Positions 26,809 to 37,348 of a stretch of DNA of 64,000 nt are shown in pieces. The translations under genes were made by a program, and so were the position numbers. Numbering within the stretch: position 1 is the stretch's first letter; every line of letters starts with the position of its first letter. The notes beneath the pieces were generated by a model. That model was not told where the DNA came from. It saw only the letters and a list, made by a program, of their open reading frames with translations, and made no database searches. The DNA is from an uncultured Spirochaetota bacterium (GTDB taxonomy: Bacteria; Spirochaetota; Spirochaetia; SZUA-6; CAVTHK01): assembly GCA_963734495.1 (NCBI GenBank), contig CAVTHK010000001.1, positions 320,001 to 384,000 on the forward strand, in the 5' to 3' direction.

Positions 26809-29706
26809 GTGACCGCAGGCGGCAGCGCCGGCCGCGCGAGACCGCGATCGACGCCGTTCGCAGGCCGGCAGAAGGAGCTCGACGCGCTTGCCGGCGCGCT
26901 CGGCTCGGCGAGTGCCGGCGAAGGCGGGGTCGTTCTCATCCATGGCGAGGCCGGCATCGGCAAGACGCGGCTCGCCCGGGAGTTCGCGCGGCTGGCGGAG
27001 CAGCAAGGCGCGGTGGTTCTCTGGGGCAACTGCTACGAGGATGAAGGCGCCCCGCCCTACCGGCCATGGGCCGAGATCGTCGCCGCGTACCTGGATCGCG
27101 CGGGGCTCGAGACTGCGCGCCTTCACATGGGGGACGGTGCCGCCGACCTGGCCGAAATAGCTCCCGCCGTCCGCCTTGCGATGCCGGATCTGCCGACGCC
27201 GCCCCGCATCGAGCCTTTCTCGGGCAGACCCGAAGAACTGGGTCAGATGCGATACCGTCTCGCCGACTCGATGGAGCGGTTCTTGGGCGCTGCCTCGACC
27301 GCGAGGCCTCTGTTGCTGGTCTTCGACAGCCTCCAGTACTGCGACCGCGCCTCGCTCTGGATGCTCGAGCTCGTCGCGCAGGACGCGGCGGCTCATCGCA
27401 TGCTCATCATCGCCACCTATACCGAACGCGAGGCGCAGCAGCGTTCTCTGGAGACTCTCGGTGAGCTTGATAAACTGCCGTGGTCGCACCGGGTCCGCGT
27501 CGGCGCGCTCGGACGCGACGAGGTCGACAGCCTCGTCAGACAGACGCTCGGCAGCGCGGCGGAGCCGGGCCTGCTCGAAGAGATCTGGAGGAAGACTGAA
27601 GGCGTTCCACTGTTCGTCAGCGAAGCTCTCAAATGCCTCGCAGGCCGCACCCTGGAGGGGGCCGCCTGGGAGACCGAAGTCGCCGGCATGGTCAGGGCCG
27701 CGGTCAGCCGCAGGCTGAACAAGATGCCCGACGAGCACCGCGATCTGCTCGCGGCGGCCGCGGTCCTGGGTCGCGAGCTCACGCCGCACGAGCTGGCGTC
27801 GGTCGTGCAGCGGGACCCGGCCTTCGTCGAGCACGCTCTCGACGATTCGGTGTCGCTCGGCATCGTCGACGAGGTCGGGCCGGCCCGGTACAGGTTCACT
27901 CACGACCTGGTGCAGGAAGCAGTCGCAGGGCTCCTCTCCGCGGGCGCTCGCGCCGACCTGCACATGCGAATCGGGCGTACGCTCGAACGGCTGCGCAAAG
28001 ACGGCGAGGCTGTCGACGCGAGCCGAATCGCCCATCACCACCGTCTCGCGGGAGACACGGGCCGCGCTGGCCTGGTCAGGTGGGCAGCACAGGCCGGAGA
28101 GGATGCCCTTGCGGCCCGCGCACCGGAGAACGCAGTGAGCGCCTTCGACACGGCGCTGGCTCGCCTGCCCGCTGACAGCAGCGAGGGCGCGCAGCTGCTG
28201 CTGCGCAAGGCGTACGCCCTGGTGCTGCTCGGCCGCGACGACGAAGCCTCGGTGTGCGTCGAGCGTGCATTCGCTTGCAGCGTCGCAGTGGCCGACATCG
28301 CGGGGATCGTGGACGCGGCCGAGTTTCCTTTCCTGTCCCTGCCTTTGTTGCGAAGGCAGGCGCTCGCCCTGGTCGCCCCCGACTCGCGCGGCTGGGCTCG
28401 CATCGCCAGCCGTCTCATCATCAACATGAACGAGATCTCCTCAGACGCGGAGTGCGCGCGCCTCTACAGGAAGTCGATCGCCATCGCGCGGCGGGAGGGC
28501 GACCGCGCGTTGGAGCTGGTCGCGCTGCGGTCGGGCGCGTGGATCGATCACTACAGGATCCGACCATGGTGGCACCCCCGGGCCATGGAGCGCGGGATCG
28601 AGCTCAGCCGCGAGCTCGGCGACCTCTGGATAGAGGCGTGGCTGAGGACCATGGCTGCGTGGGAGGCATTGTACGTCGGCAACGCGACGCGGGCCCGCGA
28701 GCACGCGGCGCGCCTCGCCGAAGCGGCCAAAGAGCTGTGCAATCCTGCGTTCCACAGCAGGGCGGCCAGCGCGGCCGTGGTGATCCACGCGGCAGCCGGC
28801 GAGTGGAAAGCCTGCAGCGAAATCCTCGAGCCGCGACTCGCGCGTGGAGAGACCAATCCGATTCTGCTTTCGCAAGCGGCCCTCTTCCACACTCAGGTCG
28901 GGGAGATCGAGCGAGCGAAAGAGCTTCTGGAGACGCTCGCATTGCTCGACGAGCGGCGTGCGATCCGTGCGGTTGGTCCCGCATTCAACTCGCTGTATCA
29001 GTCGCGGGCAGCGTGCGCGGCCTGGGCTGCGTTTGCACGGGTGGCGGGCGGCGACCGCGAGCTGAGCATGGCGGAACAGCTCGCCCACGCCATCCTCCAA
29101 TCCGACCAGCGGCCGGAATTCCGAGCATATGCGCGGCTTGCCCTCGCCCTGGCGGCCCTGCAAGAGCACGACATGCGGGAGCTGGAAACGCAGCTCGCCA
29201 ACGAGCTCTTGATCGGGCCCTGCTACCTCTCGGTCTGGGCGATGATGGTTGTCGATCGCGTCAGGGCGCTCTGCGCGGCAGCACTCGGGCGGGACGAGGA
29301 GGCGCGCACGTACTTCCAGAGCGCCTACGACTTCTGCCGCAACGCCGGCTACAGACCGGAGCTGGCATGGACCTGCTATGACTGGGGCTGCTTCGACAAA
29401 GACCGCAGCCCCGCGTTGCTGGACGAAGCCGCTGGGATAGCCGCCGATCTGGGCATGAAGCCTCTCGCTCAGCGGATACAGCAGCGGCAGGCGCACGAGG
29501 CGCTGCCTCGCGCCGACCGCCTCACGCAGCGGGAAATCGAAGTGGTCCGCTTCGCGGCTGCGGGCAAGGCCAACAAGGAGATCGCCGACGCCCTCTGCAT
29601 CAGCTACCACACCGTGGTCAACCACCTCAAGAGCATCTACCGCAAGACCGGAGTCCATAGCCGCGCAGCCCTGGCGACCTGGGCGGCCCGGCGTCTCACG
29701 AGATAG
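26809..29706 (+). CDS. large ATP-binding LuxR-family regulator (AAA/STAND + LuxR HTH)
   Basis: FAGRQKEL, GEAGIGKT Walker A, GVPLFV, C-terminal LTQREIEV...NKEIA...TVVNHLKSIYRK. Confidence 0.9.
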   Translation: MTAGGSAGRARPRSTPFAGRQKELDALAGALGSASAGEGGVVLIHGEAGIGKTRLAREFARLAEQQGAVVLWGNCYEDEGAPPYRPWAEIVAAYLDRAGLETARLHMGDGAADLAEIAPAVRLAMPDLPTPPRIEPFSGRPEELGQMRYRLADSMERFLGAASTARPLLLVFDSLQYCDRASLWMLELVAQDAAAHRMLIIATYTEREAQQRSLETLGELDKLPWSHRVRVGALGRDEVDSLVRQTLGSAAEPGLLEEIWRKTEGVPLFVSEALKCLAGRTLEGAAWETEVAGMVRAAVSRRLNKMPDEHRDLLAAAAVLGRELTPHELASVVQRDPAFVEHALDDSVSLGIVDEVGPARYRFTHDLVQEAVAGLLSAGARADLHMRIGRTLERLRKDGEAVDASRIAHHHRLAGDTGRAGLVRWAAQAGEDALAARAPENAVSAFDTALARLPADSSEGAQLLLRKAYALVLLGRDDEASVCVERAFACSVAVADIAGIVDAAEFPFLSLPLLRRQALALVAPDSRGWARIASRLIINMNEISSDAECARLYRKSIAIARREGDRALELVALRSGAWIDHYRIRPWWHPRAMERGIELSRELGDLWIEAWLRTMAAWEALYVGNATRAREHAARLAEAAKELCNPAFHSRAASAAVVIHAAAGEWKACSEILEPRLARGETNPILLSQAALFHTQVGEIERAKELLETLALLDERRAIRAVGPAFNSLYQSRAACAAWAAFARVAGGDRELSMAEQLAHAILQSDQRPEFRAYARLALALAALQEHDMRELETQLANELLIGPCYLSVWAMMVVDRVRALCAAALGRDEEARTYFQSAYDFCRNAGYRPELAWTCYDWGCFDKDRSPALLDEAAGIAADLGMKPLAQRIQQRQAHEALPRADRLTQREIEVVRFAAAGKANKEIADALCISYHTVVNHLKSIYRKTGVHSRAALATWAARRLTR

Positions 29707-29823
29707 CCATCCCCCTAGAACACGGCATCCTCTCCTGCGCCACGCCCTCGCGCCGATTGACTAGCTTCCGGCATTTCGCCACGCCCCTGCCCCCTTCGAC
29801 GCTTTGCGTGTCGGAGGTGGGAC

Positions 29824-30633
29824 ATGGCAGCAGTCTGCACAAGCGTCTTTCACACGCAAACGGTCGCCCGCTCAAGCGCGCCGCGCATGTCGGACAAGAG
29901 GCTTCTCACGCTCAAGGCGGTGCTGATGGTGGTGGCAGTGAGCGCGCTGCTGTGCGCGAGCCAGGTGCGCGCGGTGCAGGCCTGGGGGTCGCTGACCAAC
30001 GAGTGGCAGGGCGTCTCGATCCGGTACCCGAAACACTGGTGGGCCAAGAAAGAAGGCATCTGCCTCGCGACCGTCATCAGCGAGAGCAAGGGCGACCACA
30101 TGCAGATCTCGCCTGCGCTCGCGCCGGCTCCCCTCGGTGTCCAGGTCCGCATCGAGCGCGTCGCGGCTGTCGAGCTGGGCGTATCTCCCTCGATTTCGCC
30201 GGAGACGCTCGCGCGGGCGGCAGCGCGCTACATCGGCGTCGAACACGCCGATGCCTCTCGCAGGACAGCGCTCATGGACCGCCCGGCGATCGAGCTGTCG
30301 GGGCCGAGGCCGGGCGGATGGGGGGCGGTCATCGCGGTCGAGGATGGCGACACCGTAGTGCTGCTGCAGGTCGCGGCCCCGTCACAGTCGGCGCTCGAGA
30401 CAGCCCGAGCGACGTGGCGCGCGATTGCAGCGAGCGTTCGCCCGGTGCCGGTCCGCAGCAACGCCGACCTGAGCTGGCCGCCGGCGGATCCCTCCGATCC
30501 TGGCTGGGGACCAGGGGAGGAGAACGGCCCGCTGACTCTAGCGACGCTCGAAGCGCTCCACCTCCTCCATGGCGATGCGCGCCCAGTCCCAGAGGCGGCG
30601 GGGCTCGTAGCGCACGGTGGAGATGTCCTTTAG
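29824..30633 (+). CDS. hypothetical exported protein
   Basis: GGAGG SD, hydrophobic signal-like segment; 3' end overlaps the convergent gene by 96 bp. Confidence 0.5.
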   Translation: MAAVCTSVFHTQTVARSSAPRMSDKRLLTLKAVLMVVAVSALLCASQVRAVQAWGSLTNEWQGVSIRYPKHWWAKKEGICLATVISESKGDHMQISPALAPAPLGVQVRIERVAAVELGVSPSISPETLARAAARYIGVEHADASRRTALMDRPAIELSGPRPGGWGAVIAVEDGDTVVLLQVAAPSQSALETARATWRAIAASVRPVPVRSNADLSWPPADPSDPGWGPGEENGPLTLATLEALHLLHGDARPVPEAAGLVAHGGDVL

Positions 30634-31812
30634 AATGGCTTCAACGTAGAGGCCGCGCGTGGCCTGCAGAGCCTCGGCGAGCTCGGCGCGGGCGCGCTCC
30701 GGGTGCCACTCATGCTCGGCCAGCACCGCGGGGCTCGGCTTGCGGGAAAAGACGTAGTCGGTCCCCACGACCTTCGCCGCGCGCTCGAGCCGGACCCACG
30801 GGCTCATGGAGATCTTGCGCAGGCGGGGGATGCGGCGCAGGATCTCCATCTTCCCGTCGAGCTGCTCGCAGCAGCCGTAGTAGTTGAGGCCCCACCGCTC
30901 GAGCCACGGGATGTCGTGGCGCAGCGCGAACTCCCAATGCATCTCGGGCGAGACCTCGGAGAAGATCTGGGCGTTCGAGCAGCCCCACATGTCGGCGGGT
31001 CGCACGCGCGCCGGGTCGTAGCCCGCGGCCGGAAGCGCGCCGGTGTAACCGTAGCCGCCGGAGCCCACGCGCGTGTTGTTGCTGCCGAGCGAGAGAAGGT
31101 TCAGCCGCTCGTACTGCTCGAGCTCCTTGAGCGATGCTTCGACAAAGCGCGAGACGAACGCGTTGACCATCTCCGGCCGGTCGATGAGGTCGACCATCGC
31201 CTCCTCGACGCCCCACACGCGAATCAGGTTGTCCCAGGGCGTGAACCAGAAGTGTTTGCGGCCTGCCTTGCGCACGTCGATGACGTCGCCGAAGATGTGA
31301 CGCATCGTCTGGAGCGCGAGCTCGGTGCGCGCCTCGTCGTGGGTCACGACGGGGTCCCTGATGATGCGGACGTCCTCGGGCTCGCGAATCTGGATATGGA
31401 AGTGGCGCGACACCACCGGGTTCCGCTCATCGGTGCGGACGACGTCCACCTGCTCCTCCACCCCGAGACCGGTGCTGGAGATCGCAAGCGGGCACTCGAT
31501 GTAATCGCTGACGATCATGTCGACGGGCATGTGGCGCCACTGGTAGAGCGTCTGCCGCAGCCGCTCCTCGAGCTCCCGCGCCCACGCGTCGCTGCAGCGC
31601 AGGCTGAGCTCGTCGTCGACGTTCATCTCGTGCCACGGGATCTCCGTGATCCAGACCATCGGGCGGACGGGCTGAAGGTCGTTCAGGCGGCGCCACATAA
31701 CGGCCTTCTCCCGGTGGACGTCGAGACGCGCGACGGCCGCGGTCTCTTCGCCGAGGCGGCGCAGCGTTTCGACATCCGCCCGAGGCAGCTTGAGGACGGA
31801 TGTGCGTGTCAC
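30538..31812 (-). CDS. uncharacterised uroporphyrinogen-decarboxylase/MtaA-fold-like protein
   Basis: RPMVW, WGVEEAMVDLIDRPE, SPEMHWEF, YYGCCE, KISMSPW, SRKPSP; GTG overlaps GH29 stop. Confidence 0.65.
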   Translation of the reverse strand: MTRTSVLKLPRADVETLRRLGEETAAVARLDVHREKAVMWRRLNDLQPVRPMVWITEIPWHEMNVDDELSLRCSDAWARELEERLRQTLYQWRHMPVDMIVSDYIECPLAISSTGLGVEEQVDVVRTDERNPVVSRHFHIQIREPEDVRIIRDPVVTHDEARTELALQTMRHIFGDVIDVRKAGRKHFWFTPWDNLIRVWGVEEAMVDLIDRPEMVNAFVSRFVEASLKELEQYERLNLLSLGSNNTRVGSGGYGYTGALPAAGYDPARVRPADMWGCSNAQIFSEVSPEMHWEFALRHDIPWLERWGLNYYGCCEQLDGKMEILRRIPRLRKISMSPWVRLERAAKVVGTDYVFSRKPSPAVLAEHEWHPERARAELAEALQATRGLYVEAILKDISTVRYEPRRLWDWARIAMEEVERFERR

Positions 31813-33215
31813 GGTTTTATCCTCAGCACGAACGCGTGCTCGCACGGCTTGCGCTCGGGCAGCTTGGCGTGCAGCCCGTTGCCGCGCACGCTCCAGCGCA
31901 GCGGCTCCCCGCACCCGAGCAGCTCCACGGAGCCGACGGGCTTCTCGTGGAGCCGCAGGTCCGTGCCGAGCGACCGGATCACGGCCTCGCCGCCCTCGGG
32001 CCACGCGAGCAGGATCGCGTACAGCGTCTCGCCCCGCGTGGTGAAGCGCACGTCGCGCCCCGTAAACGGCGCGCGCGCCGTGTCCTTGAAGGAGCCTTCG
32101 ACGACGGCCGTTGGACCTTCACCGTAGACCTTCCAGGGCCGGCTGTCGTAGATCGCCTCGCCGTTGACGGCGAGCCACCTGCCGATCTCGAGCAGGACGT
32201 TCTGCTCGGGCTCCGGGATGGTTCCGTCGGGCCTCGGACCGATGTTGAGCAGGAGGGCGCCGTTCTTGCTCACGATGTCGATGAGGTCTCCGATGAGCGA
32301 GCCTGCGCTCTTGTAGTCCTGCTCGGCGACGAAGCCCCAGGAGTTCTTCGAGATCGAGGTGTCGGTCTGCCAGAACAGCGGCCTGATGCCGGCGAGGAGG
32401 CCCCGCTCGACGTCGAAGACCGCGGCCTTCTCGCGGAACGAGCGGTTCTTGTAGTTGATCGCCACGCCGCGGCCCCACTCGGCGCCGCGGTTGTAGTACC
32501 AGGCGGCGAAGCGGCGCAGGTACGGCTCGAAGACCGGCTGCTCGATCCACCAGTCGAACCACACGAGCTGCGGCTGGTAGGTGTCGACGAGCTCCGCCGT
32601 GCGGGCGAACCAGTCGTCGAGGAACTCCTGGTTCGGCTGCGTGTCGCGCGGCTGGGCAGGCGCGTAGAGGCCGGCGTTGCGGCCGTCCTTGACGTCGGAG
32701 TCGAAGCGCATCCCGCCGTCGAAGAACCACCAGTGCTCGGCCCTGTGGCTCGAGAGCCCGAAGACCAGGTACTGGCGGCGCACCGCGGCGGCCAGCTCGC
32801 CGATCACGTCGCGGCGCGGGCCCATCCTGGCCGCGGTCCACTCGGAGAGCTTCGAGTCGTACATGGCGAAGCCGTCGTGATGCTCGGCCACCGGCACGAC
32901 GAATCGCGCCCCGGCCCTTCGGAAGAGCTCGGCCCACGCATCGGGGTCCCACCGCTCTGCGCGGAACTTCGGGATGAAGTCCTTGTAGCCCGCCTGGATC
33001 TGCGGCCCGTGGGTCGCGACGTGGTGCGCGAACTCCGGCGAGCCCTCCTGGTACATGTTGCGCGGGTACCATTCGTTGCCGAAAGCGGGCACCGAGTAGA
33101 CGCCCCAGTGGATGAAGATGCCGAGCTTCCCGTCCTGGTACCAGGCCGGCACCCGGTAGCTCTCGAGCGACTCCCACGTCGGCTCGAAGGGCCCGCGGGG
33201 GATCTCAACCTTCAC
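31809..33215 (-). CDS. GH29 alpha-L-fucosidase
   Basis: FEPTWESL, GIFIHWGVYSVP, AEHHDGF, VWFDW, SKNGALLLNIGP; GGAGG SD before GTG 33215. Confidence 0.95.
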   Translation of the reverse strand: MKVEIPRGPFEPTWESLESYRVPAWYQDGKLGIFIHWGVYSVPAFGNEWYPRNMYQEGSPEFAHHVATHGPQIQAGYKDFIPKFRAERWDPDAWAELFRRAGARFVVPVAEHHDGFAMYDSKLSEWTAARMGPRRDVIGELAAAVRRQYLVFGLSSHRAEHWWFFDGGMRFDSDVKDGRNAGLYAPAQPRDTQPNQEFLDDWFARTAELVDTYQPQLVWFDWWIEQPVFEPYLRRFAAWYYNRGAEWGRGVAINYKNRSFREKAAVFDVERGLLAGIRPLFWQTDTSISKNSWGFVAEQDYKSAGSLIGDLIDIVSKNGALLLNIGPRPDGTIPEPEQNVLLEIGRWLAVNGEAIYDSRPWKVYGEGPTAVVEGSFKDTARAPFTGRDVRFTTRGETLYAILLAWPEGGEAVIRSLGTDLRLHEKPVGSVELLGCGEPLRWSVRGNGLHAKLPERKPCEHAFVLRIKP

Positions 33216-33334
33216 GGCTCGCCTCCGTTTTTCGGCAGCGAGGCTAACACGGGCGACGACGGCGGTCAAACGCGAGCGACATGCGCGACAACGTGGCCGG
33301 CCGCGGTGTACGGTGGCTGCGCGCGGAGGTCGGC

Positions 33335-35629
33335 ATGGGCGAGCTCAAGCTGTGGTACCGCAGGCCCGCGGAGCACTGGAAGCAGGCGCTGCCAGTCGGC
33401 AACGGACGGCTCGGGGCGATGGTGTACGGAAAGCCAATGGGAAGGTTCCCGCGCGTCGAGCGCGTTCAGCTCAACGAAGAGAGCGTCTGGTACGGAGGGT
33501 ACCGCGACCGGCACAACCCGGCCGCCCGCGAGGCGGTGCCGCGGATCCGCAGCCTTCTCATGGAGGGTCACTTCGTGGAGGCCGAGGACCTCGCCGTGCG
33601 CTCGCTCCAGTCGCTGCCCGAGCGCATGAACCCGTACCAGAGCCTCGCTGAGCTCGAGCTGCAGCTCCTCGGGCCCGAAGCGCCGGCGCTGGACTACAGG
33701 CGCGAGCTGGACCTCGCGACCGGCGTCGCACGGGTCGCGTTCATGAGGGGCGGCGCGCGGTGCACGGAGGAGGCCGTCGCCAGCGTCCCCGACCAGGTCA
33801 TTGCGCTTCGGCTCGAGAGCGAGGCGCCGATGTCGTTCTTCGCGAGCCTCGCACGGCGGCCGCTCTCCGGAACGAGCGGGGCGTCCGGACCTGACACTGT
33901 GTTCCACCGCGGCCAGGCAGGGCCCGATGGAGTGCGGTTCTTCGCCGCGGTGCGCGCGGTGGCCGATGGCGGAGCCGTTTCCACGGCGGGCGACAATCTC
34001 TCTGTTGAAGGTACCCGCGCCGTCACACTGCTCGTGGCGGCCAACACCGACTTCCGCGGCGGCGACCCGCAGGCGCGCACGCTCGCGCAGCTCGACGCCG
34101 CGGCCCGGCGCGGCTACGAGGCGATCCGCGCCGACGCCGCGGCCGACCACGCGCGGCTGTTCGGGCGGGTGGCCTTCGGCATTGATGGTGCCGACGAGCT
34201 CGACCGTCTGCCCACCGACGAGCGGCTCGCGGCGGTCAAGGCGGGCGGACGCGATGCAGGGCTGCTCGCGCTCTACTTCCAGTACGGCCGCTACCTGCTC
34301 GTCGCCTCGAGCCGACCCGGCACGCTTGCCGCCACCCTGCAGGGGATCTGGAACGACTCCATGACCCCGCCGTGGGAGAGCAAGTACACCATCAACATCA
34401 ACACCGAGATGAACTACTGGCCTGCCGAGGTCGCCAACCTCGCGGAGTGCCACCAGCCGCTGTTCGACCTCGTCGACCGGATCGCGGAACGAGGCAGCGA
34501 GACGGCGCGCAGGCTCTACGGCTGCCGCGGCTTTGTCGCTCACCACAACGTGGATCTCTGGGCCGACACCGCACCGGTCGATCCCGGCACGCGGCACTCC
34601 TACTGGCCCACGGGCGGTGCGTGGCTCGCGACCCATCTCTGGGAGCACTACCTGTTCTCGAGTGACGAGCGTTTCCTGCGTGAGCGCGCGTGGCCCGTGC
34701 TGCGTGCCTCGGCCGAGTTCTACGCGGATTTCCTGGTCGAGGACGGCGGCGGCAGGCTGTTGTCCGGCCCCTCGGTCAGCCCCGAGAACGCGTTTTGCAT
34801 CCCCGGCGGCGGCGAGGCGGGGCTCTGCATGGCGCCGACGATGGACAACCAGATCATCCGTCTGGTGCTCTCGGCCTTCGTGGAGGCCGCGCGGATCCTC
34901 GGCATGGACGACCCGCTCGAGTCTCGGGCCGCAGCCATGATCCCACGCCTGCCCGCGACGCGCGTCGGCAGCCACGGCCAGATCATGGAGTGGCTCGAGG
35001 ACTACGACGAAGCAGACCCCGGCCACAGACACATGTCGCACCTTTTCGGCCTCTTCCCCGGATCGGAGATCACGCCGGAGGAGACGCCGGAGCTGGCCCG
35101 CGCCGCCCGCATAACGCTCGAGAGGCGGCTCGCGGCGGGCGGAGGCTACACGGGCTGGAGCCGCGCGTGGATGGTGTGCCTGCGCGCGCGCCTGGCGGAC
35201 GGCGAGGCCGCACTCGCCGACCTTTACGCCCTGCTGCGCGACTCGACCTACGACAACCTCTTCGACGGGCACCCGCCCGACTACTTCCAGATCGACGGCA
35301 ACTTCGGCGCCTCGGCCGGGATCGCCGAGATGCTCCTGCAGAGCCACGGCGGCCTCATCCGCCTGCTGCCCGCGCTTCCAGCCGAGTGGGCGTCGGGTCG
35401 TGTGCGCGGCCTGCGGGCGCGCGGCGGCTTCGAGGTGGACGTCCAATGGAAGGGCGGGCGGCTCGAGGCCGCGGAGATCCGGGCCTCGCGCGATGCCATG
35501 CTGCGGGTGCGGGCAGCAGGGCCACTCGCAGCCATCTGCGGGGGCGCGCCAGTCGCGGGCCGCACCGCTGGCGGCATCCTGGAGATCGCAGCCCAGGCGG
35601 GCCGCGCGTACCGGCTTTCCCCGGAGTGA
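33335..35629 (+). CDS. GH95 alpha-L-fucosidase/alpha-L-galactosidase
   Basis: [51 protein letters not shown]. Confidence 0.95.
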   Translation: MGELKLWYRRPAEHWKQALPVGNGRLGAMVYGKPMGRFPRVERVQLNEESVWYGGYRDRHNPAAREAVPRIRSLLMEGHFVEAEDLAVRSLQSLPERMNPYQSLAELELQLLGPEAPALDYRRELDLATGVARVAFMRGGARCTEEAVASVPDQVIALRLESEAPMSFFASLARRPLSGTSGASGPDTVFHRGQAGPDGVRFFAAVRAVADGGAVSTAGDNLSVEGTRAVTLLVAANTDFRGGDPQARTLAQLDAAARRGYEAIRADAAADHARLFGRVAFGIDGADELDRLPTDERLAAVKAGGRDAGLLALYFQYGRYLLVASSRPGTLAATLQGIWNDSMTPPWESKYTININTEMNYWPAEVANLAECHQPLFDLVDRIAERGSETARRLYGCRGFVAHHNVDLWADTAPVDPGTRHSYWPTGGAWLATHLWEHYLFSSDERFLRERAWPVLRASAEFYADFLVEDGGGRLLSGPSVSPENAFCIPGGGEAGLCMAPTMDNQIIRLVLSAFVEAARILGMDDPLESRAAAMIPRLPATRVGSHGQIMEWLEDYDEADPGHRHMSHLFGLFPGSEITPEETPELARAARITLERRLAAGGGYTGWSRAWMVCLRARLADGEAALADLYALLRDSTYDNLFDGHPPDYFQIDGNFGASAGIAEMLLQSHGGLIRLLPALPAEWASGRVRGLRARGGFEVDVQWKGGRLEAAEIRASRDAMLRVRAAGPLAAICGGAPVAGRTAGGILEIAAQAGRAYRLSPE

Positions 35630-35656
35630 GAGCCCGCGGTGCGCGACGAGAGCGTC

Positions 35657-35691
35657 TTGACGCTCGCGGTAAGAATTCCTACAGTTGAGGT
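35657..35691 (+). promoter_or_regulatory. promoter/operator of second vapBC, leaderless geometry
   Basis: TTGACG-N17-TACAGT-N6-ATG; near-palindrome GTAAGAATTCCTAC overlaps the -10. Confidence 0.7.
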
Positions 35692-35913
35692 ATGAAAACT
35701 GTCGTCTCTGAGAAGGGGCAGATCACCATACCCAAGGCTGTACGGCAGCAACTCGGCATCAAGCCGGGCACGGTGCTCGAGGTGGAGACCGTCGGAGGCA
35801 AGATCGTCGCGACCAAGAGCGAACGGGTTGATCCCCTGTCCAGGTGGCGGGGCCGCGGACGACTTCCGGGGGGAATCAGCGTCGACGAGTACCTGAAGAA
35901 GGTGCGCGGATGA
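35692..35913 (+). CDS. AbrB/MazE/SpoVT-family antitoxin
   Basis: VSEKGQITIPKAVRQQLGIKPG; ATGA overlap with PIN gene. Confidence 0.92.
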   Translation: MKTVVSEKGQITIPKAVRQQLGIKPGTVLEVETVGGKIVATKSERVDPLSRWRGRGRLPGGISVDEYLKKVRG

Positions 35914-36320
35914 CGACCGCGGTGGACACGTCGGTGCTGCTGGACCTGCTCACCGACGACGCGACGCACGGCACTGCTTCGGAAACGGCCTTGAGGAACT
36001 CTCGCGCCGAAGGCAGGCTGGTCGTGTGCGAGTGCGTGCTCGCCGAGTTGCGCCCGGCTCTCTCGAAGGATTCCGAAGTGCAATCGCTGCTGGACGATCT
36101 GGGGATCGACTACGTGGCGTGCTCGAGAGAGAGCGCGTTGCTTGCGGGACGCCACCTCGCGAAGTACTTCCAGCGCGGAGGGCTCCGGGGCAGGATCGTG
36201 CCCGACTTCCTCATCGCGGCGCACGCGCAACTCCACGCGGACCGGCTGCTGGCGCGCGACCGCGGCTTCTTCCGCGACTACTTTTCCAGCCTGAAACTGG
36301 TGGATCCGACTCGGGCTTGA
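35910..36320 (+). CDS. vapC: VapC/PIN-domain toxin
   Basis: AVDTSVLLD, VLAEL, PDFLIAAHA, LLARDRGF. Confidence 0.9.
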   Translation: MTTAVDTSVLLDLLTDDATHGTASETALRNSRAEGRLVVCECVLAELRPALSKDSEVQSLLDDLGIDYVACSRESALLAGRHLAKYFQRGGLRGRIVPDFLIAAHAQLHADRLLARDRGFFRDYFSSLKLVDPTRA

Positions 36321-36368
36321 CAGGCGGCCGAGCGTCCGGACACAGGGGGTCGCGCGTCAGGAGGGGCC

Positions 36369-37331
36369 ATGCGGGACATACGGATCGGCGCCGCGCAGTT
36401 CGAGCACAGGGACGGCGACAAGGAGCACAACCTCTCGCGCATCGAAGAGCTCACGCGCAGGGCGGCGGAGCACGGCGCCGAGATCGTGAGCTTCCACGAG
36501 TGCAGCATCCCCGGCTACACGTGGCTGCAGACCCTGGACACGGCGGGGCTCGTGCGCGTGAGCGAGCCGGTCCCCGACGGCCCCTCCACGCGGGCTCTGG
36601 CGGCGATCGCGCAAAAGCATCGCGTCATCGTGATGGCCGGGCTGATCGAGACGGCGCCCGACGGCCGCATGTACAACAGCTACGTGACGGTCGGTCCCGA
36701 CGGATTCATCACCCGGTTCCGCAAGCTGCACCCATTCATCCATCCGGACCTCGCTCCGGGCGGCGGCTACCACGTCATCGAGCTTGCGGGCTGCAAGGTC
36801 GGGTTCCTGATCTGCTACGACCTCAACCTCCCGGAGAACGCGAGAATCACGGCCCTGATGGGAGCGGAGATCATCTTCATGCCGCACGTCACCGGATGCC
36901 TTCCGTCGCCGATGCCGGGGCGCGGGACGGTCGACAGGGCGTTGTGGGACAACCGCGAGCGCGATCCGGTTCCGCTGCGCATGGAGCTCGATGGACCGAA
37001 GAACCGCGGCTGGCTCATGCGGTTCCTGCCGTGCCGCTGCTGGGAGAACGGGGTCTACGGCGTCTTCAGCAACCCGATCGGCGTGGACCACGACACGATC
37101 AAAGGCGGCAACGCCATGATCATCGACCCCTTCGGCGAGGTGATGGCGGAGAGCCGTGTGCTCGGCGACGACGTCGTCGTGGGCCTGCTCACGCCGGAGA
37201 AGCTCGAGCAGGGTTCGGGCAAACGGTACCTCCGCGCGCGCAGGCCCGAGCTCTACGGCAGGCTCGTCGAGCCCTCCGCGGAGCCGCCGGTGACGCTGCC
37301 GGGCTGGACGCGGAAGTTCGACACGCCGTAG
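36369..37331 (+). CDS. carbon-nitrogen hydrolase (nitrilase family)
   Basis: AAQFE, FHE, FRKLH, LICYD (Glu-Lys-Cys triad). Confidence 0.92.
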   Translation: MRDIRIGAAQFEHRDGDKEHNLSRIEELTRRAAEHGAEIVSFHECSIPGYTWLQTLDTAGLVRVSEPVPDGPSTRALAAIAQKHRVIVMAGLIETAPDGRMYNSYVTVGPDGFITRFRKLHPFIHPDLAPGGGYHVIELAGCKVGFLICYDLNLPENARITALMGAEIIFMPHVTGCLPSPMPGRGTVDRALWDNRERDPVPLRMELDGPKNRGWLMRFLPCRCWENGVYGVFSNPIGVDHDTIKGGNAMIIDPFGEVMAESRVLGDDVVVGLLTPEKLEQGSGKRYLRARRPELYGRLVEPSAEPPVTLPGWTRKFDTP

Positions 37332-37348
37332 CGCCGGCGCAGGGTCGG

